Below are positions 25,214 to 32,000 of a stretch of 32,000 nucleotides of DNA, in pieces (within the stretch, counting starts at the first letter, position 1; each line of letters opens with the position of its first letter). The translations under genes and the position numbers were made by a program. The stretch spans positions 1,110,001 through 1,142,000 of the forward strand of contig NC_005072.1 of assembly GCF_000011465.1 (NCBI RefSeq). Direction: 5' to 3'. Below the pieces are notes generated by a model. That model was not told the origin of the DNA and searched no databases. It saw only the letters and a list, made by a program, of their open reading frames with translations. Source of the stretch: Prochlorococcus marinus subsp. pastoris str. CCMP1986. Its GTDB lineage: Bacteria > Cyanobacteriota > Cyanobacteriia > PCC-6307 > Cyanobiaceae.

Positions 25214-26293
25214 ATGAATGTTTTAACCTCAATAACTGTACTAGGATTTCTTATTTTCTTTCATGAATTGGGTCATTTTCTAGCTGCAATATTCCAAGGA
25301 ATTTACGTTGACGGTTTTTCTATTGGATTTGGTCCTTCAATAATACAAAAAAAATATAAGGGTATCACTTACTCTTTTAGAGCCTTTCCTTTAGGAGGAT
25401 TTGTTTCCTTCCCTGATGAAGAAATCAATAACATTGACCCAGAAGACCCAAACCTTTTAAAGAATAGGCCAATAATCCAAAGAGTAATTGTAATATCTGC
25501 TGGAGTATTTGCTAACTTACTTCTTGCTTATACAATTCTAATTTTAAATGTAACTACTATTGGAATTCCCTTTGATCCAGAACCAGGGATTTTAGTTTTG
25601 GCAACTCAACCAGAAAAAGCTGCTTTTAAAGCCGGTTTAGAAGCTGGGGATAAAATATTAAAAATAGATGACAATGTATTAGGTGTTGGTGATCAAGCAG
25701 TAGCGTCTCTGGTAGAAAGAATCCAAAGTTCATCAGAAGAATCAATACCAATTGAAATTGAGAGAGAGAACTCATATCAAAAATTAACTCTAATTCCTCA
25801 AAATATTGATGGGAAAGGGACCATTGGAGCTCAGTTACAACCAAATATTAAAAAAGAAACAAAAAAAACCAAAAATATTAATGAACTTTTTCAATACACT
25901 AATAATGAGTTTTCATCCCTTTTAATAAAAACAATCCAAGGTTATAAAGGACTAATTACAAATTTCTCATCAACAGCTCAACAATTAAGTGGGCCAGTGA
26001 AAATTGTTGAAATTGGAGCTCAGTTATCAGAGCAAGGTGGTACTGGAATATTATTATTTGCTGCATTGATATCTATAAATTTGGCTGTTCTGAACTCTCT
26101 TCCTCTACCACTTCTTGATGGAGGTCAACTTGTATTTACTCTTATTGAAGGATTAAGAGGAAAACCCGTCCCAGTTAAAATTCAAATAGCCGTAACTCAA
26201 TCAAGCTTTTTTCTTTTGGTAGGACTAAGCGTTTTATTAATAATTAGAGATACTAGTCAATTACTCATAGTTCAAAGATTTCTTAATCAATAA
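25214..26293 (+). CDS. rseP: Site-2 protease, M50 family (RseP-like) with PDZ domain
   Basis: 359 aa with HELGH zinc motif at the N-terminus, a central PDZ-like AGLEAGDKILKIDD, and a C-terminal NLAVLNSLPLPLLDGG. Confidence 0.85.
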   Translation: MNVLTSITVLGFLIFFHELGHFLAAIFQGIYVDGFSIGFGPSIIQKKYKGITYSFRAFPLGGFVSFPDEEINNIDPEDPNLLKNRPIIQRVIVISAGVFANLLLAYTILILNVTTIGIPFDPEPGILVLATQPEKAAFKAGLEAGDKILKIDDNVLGVGDQAVASLVERIQSSSEESIPIEIERENSYQKLTLIPQNIDGKGTIGAQLQPNIKKETKKTKNINELFQYTNNEFSSLLIKTIQGYKGLITNFSSTAQQLSGPVKIVEIGAQLSEQGGTGILLFAALISINLAVLNSLPLPLLDGGQLVFTLIEGLRGKPVPVKIQIAVTQSSFFLLVGLSVLLIIRDTSQLLIVQRFLNQ

Positions 26294-26358
26294 CTTATTT
26301 TTTTATTTTTGATAGTTCAGCTGTTAATATAATATATATGTTTTGAAGAAAAATTTTA

Positions 26359-26661
26359 ATGGCTAAAAAATCAATGATTGCTAGAGAAGTTAAACGTAAA
26401 AAACTAGTAAAAAAATATGCTACCAAGAGGAAATCATTATTAGATGAATTTAATGCTGCTAAAGATCCTATGGAAAGATTAGAAATACATAGAAAGATAC
26501 AAGGACTTCCAAGGAACTCAGCTCCCACAAGAGTTAGGAATAGATGTTGGGCTACAGGTAAACCAAGAGGTGTGTATAGAGATTTTGGATTATGCAGAAA
26601 TCAGTTAAGGCTAAGAGCTCATAATGGGGAATTACCTGGAGTAGTAAAATCTAGCTGGTAA
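26359..26661 (+). CDS. rpsN: 30S ribosomal protein S14
   Basis: 100 aa: [17 protein letters not shown]...[25 protein letters not shown]...LPGVVKSSW. Confidence 0.95.
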   Translation: MAKKSMIAREVKRKKLVKKYATKRKSLLDEFNAAKDPMERLEIHRKIQGLPRNSAPTRVRNRCWATGKPRGVYRDFGLCRNQLRLRAHNGELPGVVKSSW

Positions 26662-26851
26662 TTAAAAAAATATTGTAGATTTTAAGATATTCACTATTTC
26701 TTATATTTTAGAAAAAACCTAGTTATTCCAATCGATTAAAGTTGATAACCAGACTATCAACAGAATTATTTTAAAACCTTATTTAATAAATCTCTCAATA
26801 TGTACCTACGAGATGTAAGAATAAATTATGTATAGAATTATAATTTAAAAA

Positions 26852-29017
26852 GTGGAAGGAAAAAATACGTCGATCACGTTTGACGGACGAGAGATACGAC
26901 TAACTACAGGACTATATGCTCCTCAAGCTGGTGGAGCTGTAATGATTGAATGTGGAGACACATCTTTATTAGTCACAGCAACAAAAACAACGAAAAAGCA
27001 AGCTGCAGACTTTCTCCCTCTAATATGTGATTATGAGGAAAAGTTGTATGCTGCCGGAAGAATTCCAGGCGGGTTCATGAGAAGAGAGGGCAGACCTCCT
27101 GAAAGAGCAACATTAATAGCAAGGTTAATAGATAGACCAATGAGGCCTCTTTTCCCATCTTGGATGAGAGATGAGATACAAATAGTTGCTTCTTGCCTTT
27201 CCCTTGATGAAAGGGTACCTGCAGATGTTCTAGGCGTAACAGGAGCCTCAATTGCAACCTTGTTAGCAGAAATACCATTCTACGGACCAATGGCTGCTGT
27301 AAGAGTAGGGCTAATAGGAGATGACTTTATTTTAAATCCAAGCTACAGAGAAATAGAAAAAGGTGATTTAGATATTGTTGTGGCAGGATCTCCAGAGGGA
27401 ATTGTGATGATTGAGGCAGGTGCCAATCAACTTTCGGAACAAGATACTATTGAGGCCATAGATTTCGGTTATGAGGCTGTAAGCGAACTAATTAAAGCTC
27501 AAGAAAATCTTCTTAAAGACTTAGGAATAAAACAGGTTAAGCCTTTAGAACCAGAAGAAGATAAAGCATTAGCAACATATTTAGAGAAAAACTGTACTAA
27601 GCCAATTGATCTAATCTTAAAGAAATTTGATCAATCTAAAGAAGAGAGAGATCTTGAATTAGATAAAATAGAACTTGAAGTGCAAACAAAAATTGATTCA
27701 CTTAAAGATGATAATCAATTAAAAGTTCTTACTTCAGAGAATGAAAAACTAATACATTCTGACTTCAAAAAGTTAACCAAAAAATTAATGAGGTCACAAA
27801 TAATTAATGAAGGAAAAAGAGTTGATGGAAGAGATCTTGACGAAGTTAGAAAAATATCAGCATCTGCTGGAATACTTCCGAAAAGAGTTCACGGGTCTGC
27901 ATTATTTCAAAGAGGTTTAACACAAGTATTATCTACTACAACACTTGGAACTCCTAGTGATGCTCAAGAGATGGATGATCTAAACCCAAGTACTGAGAAA
28001 ACTTATTTGCATCATTATAATTTCCCTCCTTACTCAGTTGGAGAGACTAGACCAATGAGAACTCCTGGGAGAAGAGAGATAGGTCATGGTGCACTAGCAG
28101 AAAGAGCAATAACTCCCGTATTACCAGGTAAAGAGACTTTTCCATATGTCTTAAGAGTAGTCAGTGAAGTACTGAGCTCCAATGGATCCACCTCTATGGG
28201 ATCAGTATGTGGAAGTACACTTTCATTACTTGACGCTGGAGTTCCCCTCAAGGCTCCAGTAAGTGGTACTGCAATGGGTTTAATTAAAGAGGGTAAAGAG
28301 GTCAGAATCCTTACAGATATTCAGGGAATTGAGGATTTTCTTGGAGATATGGACTTCAAAGTGGCTGGCACTGAGAAAGGTATCACTGCTCTACAAATGG
28401 ATATGAAAATTACGGGCTTACCCGTTTCTGTAATTTCTGATGCAATCAAAAAAGCCCGACCAGCAAGATTACATATTCTTGAAAAAATGCAAGAGGCCAT
28501 TGATAAACCTCAAGAATCATTGTCACCACATGCTCCAAGGCTTTTAAGTTTTAGGATTGATCCAGAACTTATAGGTACTGTTATCGGTCCGGGAGGGAGA
28601 ACTATTAAAGGAATTACTGAAAGAACTAATACAAAAATAGATATTGAAGACGGAGGAATCGTAACTATTGCTTCTCATGACGGCGCTGCAGCTGAAGAAG
28701 CTCAAAAGATAATAGAGGGTTTAACTCGAAAAGTACACGAAGGAGAGATCTTTCCAGGTGTTGTTACAAGGATCATTCCAATAGGTGCTTTTGTTGAAAT
28801 CCTTCCAGGGAAAGAAGGGATGGTGCATATTTCTCAATTATCTGAAGCAAGAGTTGAGAGAGTTGAAGATGTGGTTAGACAGGGAGATGAGGTGACAGTT
28901 AGAGTTCGTGAAATTGATAGCAGAGGAAGGATTAATCTCACATTAAGAGGTGTAGCTCAGAACGGAGGGATGTCATATCCAGAACCTACTCCTACACCTG
29001 TTGCTCCTCTTAATTAA
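26852..29017 (+). CDS. pnp: Polynucleotide phosphorylase
   Basis: 721 aa with GTG start. Two RNase PH domains, a KH domain ([15 protein letters not shown]) and an S1 domain ([33 protein letters not shown]). Confidence 0.95.
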   Translation: MEGKNTSITFDGREIRLTTGLYAPQAGGAVMIECGDTSLLVTATKTTKKQAADFLPLICDYEEKLYAAGRIPGGFMRREGRPPERATLIARLIDRPMRPLFPSWMRDEIQIVASCLSLDERVPADVLGVTGASIATLLAEIPFYGPMAAVRVGLIGDDFILNPSYREIEKGDLDIVVAGSPEGIVMIEAGANQLSEQDTIEAIDFGYEAVSELIKAQENLLKDLGIKQVKPLEPEEDKALATYLEKNCTKPIDLILKKFDQSKEERDLELDKIELEVQTKIDSLKDDNQLKVLTSENEKLIHSDFKKLTKKLMRSQIINEGKRVDGRDLDEVRKISASAGILPKRVHGSALFQRGLTQVLSTTTLGTPSDAQEMDDLNPSTEKTYLHHYNFPPYSVGETRPMRTPGRREIGHGALAERAITPVLPGKETFPYVLRVVSEVLSSNGSTSMGSVCGSTLSLLDAGVPLKAPVSGTAMGLIKEGKEVRILTDIQGIEDFLGDMDFKVAGTEKGITALQMDMKITGLPVSVISDAIKKARPARLHILEKMQEAIDKPQESLSPHAPRLLSFRIDPELIGTVIGPGGRTIKGITERTNTKIDIEDGGIVTIASHDGAAAEEAQKIIEGLTRKVHEGEIFPGVVTRIIPIGAFVEILPGKEGMVHISQLSEARVERVEDVVRQGDEVTVRVREIDSRGRINLTLRGVAQNGGMSYPEPTPTPVAPLN

Positions 29018-29951
29018 TTCTTAAAGGGTATATATCGTATTTTTTGATAATTTCCTTAATTTCAGTACATATATCTTTATGAGTATTGATATTACTGGAT
29101 GCAACGATGATACCCCCTTGCTCGAAATTTGATTTCCCGTAAATAAGTTCTTGATTATCTAAATTTGTAATTACTCCTCCTGCTGTTTTTAAAATAGCTT
29201 CTGGTGCAGCAAAATCCCAATCTTTAGGGGAGCTTTTCCCCATTAGGCTCAAACTTATATAAATATCGCTTTCTCCTCTGATGATTGATGCGATCTTACA
29301 GCCTATACTTCCCATTGTAATTACTTTATAAAAATCAATTTTTTGAATTAATTTTTTTATTATTTCATTTCTATGATTTTTACTTGTTACTAAACTCATA
29401 TCTTTAAGACTTTTGTTTGTAGATAAATTGGGTTTAATTTTTGATCCATCTTTTTTTTCTCCCCAAACTTTTTCTCCATCCGTAATCCATAATTCATCTT
29501 TATCTGGTATTAAAACAATTCCAATATATGGCTTATTCTTATAATTTAAAGCTAGATGCATTGCATAGTTCCCTGTCCCTTGAATAAAATCCTTAGTCCC
29601 ATCAAGAGGGTCAAGAACCCAAATCCAATCAGCATTATTATTACAACTTTCAGAGGTTAATTTTACGTTTTCCTCACTTAAAATTTCCCAATTAATGTCT
29701 TTATATTTTTCATTAATTCTTTTAATGATTACCTCATTAACTTTTAAATCTGCCTTTGTTACTGGATCATCTAAATTATCATTTTTTAGTATATTGCTTT
29801 TGTTGTTTGAATCTTTTACTATTTTAGAGTAATAAATTAAGGTTTCATAAGCTTCCCAGCTAAAAGCCCGTAAATCATCGATAAGATTTTCAAGATAAAC
29901 ACCAGAGGGTAATTTAATCACTAAATGAATATTAAACAACCATCTTCTCAT
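29010..29951 (-). CDS. cysQ: Inositol-monophosphatase-family phosphatase, CysQ-like 3'(2'),5'-bisphosphate nucleotidase
   Basis: 313 aa with [12 protein letters not shown] and [10 protein letters not shown] motifs. The annotated ATG overlaps rsmI by 27 nt; a GTG at 29919-29921 is an alternative start. Confidence 0.7.
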   Translation of the reverse strand: MRRWLFNIHLVIKLPSGVYLENLIDDLRAFSWEAYETLIYYSKIVKDSNNKSNILKNDNLDDPVTKADLKVNEVIIKRINEKYKDINWEILSEENVKLTSESCNNNADWIWVLDPLDGTKDFIQGTGNYAMHLALNYKNKPYIGIVLIPDKDELWITDGEKVWGEKKDGSKIKPNLSTNKSLKDMSLVTSKNHRNEIIKKLIQKIDFYKVITMGSIGCKIASIIRGESDIYISLSLMGKSSPKDWDFAAPEAILKTAGGVITNLDNQELIYGKSNFEQGGIIVASSNINTHKDICTEIKEIIKKYDIYPLRIN

Positions 29952-30788
29952 AAAAATCCAGAACCTGAAAGTAGCGTTTTATATATTGTTGGTACGCCCA
30001 TAGGGAATTTAAGTGATTTATCCTCAAGAGCAATAAATATTTTAAAAAATGTTTCTTTAATTGCATGCGAAGATACTAGACAAACAAAAAAAATAATGAA
30101 CAAATTCGAATTCACAAATAATCTTATAAGCTTCAATAAGCATAATTCTTTAAAAAAAATCCCAAGAATAATTAATGATCTAAACTCAGGAAAATCGGTA
30201 GCCTTAGTCAGTGATGCTGGGATGCCAAGTATTTGTGATCCTGGGGAGGATCTTGTTAAGAATGTTAGGTCGAATGGATCAAATATAATTTGTATCCCGG
30301 GACCATGCGCAGCTCTTACTGCCCTTGTATCAAGTGGTTTGCCTTCTTCTAAATTTATATTTGAAGGTTTTCTTCCAAAAAAAAAGTCACAAAGAGAAAA
30401 AATTCTTTTTGAAATCAGTAAAAATGAAAAGACTACAATTATTTATGAATCTCCTCATCGCCTAAAGAAATTACTGAATGAACTAAAAATTTATTGCGGT
30501 GGCGAAAGAGAAATTCAAGTCTCCCGAGAACTAACAAAAAAGTTTGAAGAACATATTGGTAATGATATTAATAACGTAATAAAAACTTTTCAAGAAAAAG
30601 AGGTAATAGGTGAGTTAACTATAGTTATTAAGGGAATCAAGAAAGAAAGCAACTTATTAATTAACAAATCAGATTTAAAAAAAGAGCTTAACGAATTAAT
30701 TAAGGCCGGATTAAGCTTATCAGCCGCATCAAAATACTTAGCAAAAAAACATGGAATTAAAAAAAGCGAAACTTATAATTTGAATTAA
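29925..30788 (+). CDS. rsmI: 16S rRNA (cytidine-2'-O)-methyltransferase RsmI
   Basis: 287 aa. LYIVGTPIGNLSDLSSRAINIL, ACEDTR and SDAGMPSICDPG are hallmarks of the RsmI / tetrapyrrole-methylase fold. Confidence 0.88.
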   Translation: MNIKQPSSHKNPEPESSVLYIVGTPIGNLSDLSSRAINILKNVSLIACEDTRQTKKIMNKFEFTNNLISFNKHNSLKKIPRIINDLNSGKSVALVSDAGMPSICDPGEDLVKNVRSNGSNIICIPGPCAALTALVSSGLPSSKFIFEGFLPKKKSQREKILFEISKNEKTTIIYESPHRLKKLLNELKIYCGGEREIQVSRELTKKFEEHIGNDINNVIKTFQEKEVIGELTIVIKGIKKESNLLINKSDLKKELNELIKAGLSLSAASKYLAKKHGIKKSETYNLN

Positions 30789-30809
30789 TATTTATATAAA
30801 TAAAAGAAT

Positions 30810-31028
30810 ATGCCTCTTCGATTAAAAAACTTAGTTTTCAACGTAACATTCAATTCTTGTTTGTTTTTAATATTAATAATTGGTATTCAAAATAGTTCAA
30901 AGAAAAGTAGTATTAATTTGTTGATAGATGAAACAGTAAATTTACCAATTAGTTTTATTATTGGATCAAGTTTCATAAGCGGATCTATTATTGGAAGTAT
31001 CCTAAGTTCAAATTCCGGTAATAAATAA
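30810..31028 (+). CDS. Small two-TM membrane protein (72 aa)
   Basis: Two hydrophobic segments (CLFLILIIGI and ISFIIGSSFISGSIIGSIL). ATG start 21 nt after rsmI. No family recognised. Confidence 0.5.
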   Translation: MPLRLKNLVFNVTFNSCLFLILIIGIQNSSKKSSINLLIDETVNLPISFIIGSSFISGSIIGSILSSNSGNK

Positions 31029-31031
31029 TAA

Positions 31032-31688
31032 TTAAAGCGCTATTAATTTTTCAGAACTTACAATCCTTGAAATTCCGCGAGATCGCAAAATAGGTGCAAC
31101 TATTCTGAAAACATCTGTATTTGGAACCTTAATTACTTTTTGTTCCTTATTACAAAATCTCTTTGCAATTTTTAAATCAAAAAATATTGAAATAGTTTTT
31201 CTATTTAAATCATCAATTGGAAGAAAACTCCATTCTGGATAATCTTTTAATAGTTTTATTTCTAACTCAATTTTTTTATCAACTATCATATAAACCAAAT
31301 CTGGTAATTTAATTTCTGAAATTGACACTGATGATAAATCTTTTTGTTTTTCAGGCAGTTCATCAAGTAAAGGAGGAACCTCACAGAAAGATTGTACGAA
31401 AAAGCTCTCATTAGCACTATAGGTATCAATATCTTTCTTATTTTCTTCCTCACTAAAAGAATCTGTTTTTCTGAAATTAGTTCCACCTATAGTTTTTTTT
31501 GTTTGACTAGAAAAGGATATTTTTTTTTTAAATTTCTTAAAATCAATTTCTCCAAAAATTATCTTTAACTGTCTTGTTATTGTTTGTTGTGAAAATTGAA
31601 AACTTTTAGATATTTCCTGAATTGAATTGCCTTGAATAAATAAATCTTTTATTTGTTTTTTTTGTAGTTCAGAAACTTTCTTGGACAC
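31032..31688 (-). CDS. Hypothetical protein with N-terminal helix-turn-helix
   Basis: 218 aa. LQKKQIKDLFIQGNSIQEISKSFQFSQQTITRQLK looks like a sigma-70 region 4 / resolvase-type HTH. The C-terminal ~100 aa are unrecognised. Confidence 0.55.
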   Translation of the reverse strand: MSKKVSELQKKQIKDLFIQGNSIQEISKSFQFSQQTITRQLKIIFGEIDFKKFKKKISFSSQTKKTIGGTNFRKTDSFSEEENKKDIDTYSANESFFVQSFCEVPPLLDELPEKQKDLSSVSISEIKLPDLVYMIVDKKIELEIKLLKDYPEWSFLPIDDLNRKTISIFFDLKIAKRFCNKEQKVIKVPNTDVFRIVAPILRSRGISRIVSSEKLIAL

Positions 31689-31785
31689 AAAATTTAATAT
31701 GGATTAATTTTTATTTTACTATATAAAATTATGCTAAATTTAAAAAAAAATCAACTCAGACTTAAAAGTGAAATAGTTTAAAAAT

Positions 31786-32000
31786 ATGATAAATAATTTA
31801 AAATCAGATTTAAAATTGCAGCCTGTAATTTTATCAGGAGGAAAGGGTTCAAGACTTTGGCCTTTATCTAGAGAATGTTATCCAAAACAATATTTAGAAT
31901 TATATGAGGGAAATAAGTTTTCGTTATTGCAGAATACTTTTTTAAGACTAAATCTCTTAGATAACTTAGAGCCTCCAATAATAATTTGTAATGAATCACA
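31786..32000 (+). CDS. manC: Mannose-1-phosphate guanylyltransferase-like nucleotidyltransferase (5' partial, runs off the window)
   Basis: Hand translation gives MINNLKSDLKLQPVILSGGKGSRLWPLSRECYPKQYL.... The G-G-x-G-x-R-L-W-P-L-S signature is typical of ManC/CpsB-type enzymes. Confidence 0.75.
   Translation, partial: MINNLKSDLKLQPVILSGGKGSRLWPLSRECYPKQYLELYEGNKFSLLQNTFLRLNLLDNLEPPIIICNES

Noticed and set aside
26741-26761. Hairpin GTTGATA-ACCAGAC-TATCAAC in the 190-nt rpsN-pnp spacer, considered as an rpsN terminator or a pnp autoregulatory leader element.
   Set aside because: It has only a 7-bp A/T-rich stem and no following U-run. I cannot evaluate conservation. It is plausible but unsupported.
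1345-31486. About twenty 60-105 aa ORFs from the track lie inside, and mostly antisense to, long well-supported genes: 1345-1662, 2295-2501, 3900-4106, 4456-4677, 7913-8119, 11291-11491, 13350-13541, 15516-15818, 19127-19393, 19690-19899, 21247-21429, 21384-21572, 22302-22538, 23019-23303, 24001-24222, 25626-25844, 26295-26528, 27075-27290, 29948-30136 and 31286-31486.
   Set aside because: Each is nested in, or largely overlaps, a gene with a recognisable conserved product on the other strand or frame. Their translations are low-complexity (L/S/F/I-rich) with no motifs. Such shadow ORFs are expected opposite real genes.
1-32000. Searched by eye for CRISPR-like spaced direct repeats, IS terminal inverted repeats, transposase/integrase/recombinase ORFs, restriction-modification or toxin-antitoxin pairs, and rRNA.
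   Set aside because: None was found. All long ORFs have housekeeping or envelope-related identities, and the only repeat structures are the short ones reported around 4500-5960.

Overview
This is a low-GC (about 30% by eye), densely packed chromosomal segment. Gene content, gene order and protein sequences look like a high-light-adapted Prochlorococcus marinus. This assignment is inferred from recognisable proteins, not from a database search. Most of the window is core housekeeping: maf, cobQ, glyQ, sppA, aroH, rpmH-rnpA-(PH-domain protein)-yidC-ycf46, serS, an RseP-like protease, rpsN, pnp, cysQ-like, rsmI, and the 5' end of a manC-like gene. An iron-stress neighbourhood lies between idiA/futA (6122-7144) and flavodoxin isiB (11029-11553). 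It is interleaved with glyQ, a MIF-type tautomerase and several uncharacterised genes. A GT1 / GT39(ArnT-like) / EamA envelope-glycosylation cluster occupies 14.4-18.2 kb. The only clearly accessory-looking piece is a ~1.6 kb islet (4390-5986) abutting the 3' end of tRNA-Ser(CGA). It holds four very short genes linked by overlapping stop/start codons (one link apparently broken by a 1-nt frame shift inside a tandem duplication), repeated acidic 'YFP-x-EE' tail modules, two apparently paralogous ~50-60 aa proteins, and a 270-nt non-coding stretch with five exact ACCACA repeats plus a tRNA T-arm-like fragment. I recognise none of the islet proteins, so this is my best candidate for something undescribed, but its function is unknown. 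I found no CRISPR array, rRNA, transposase, integrase or recognisable defence genes. All product calls rest on motif-level recognition of the translated ORFs and need confirmation by profile searches.
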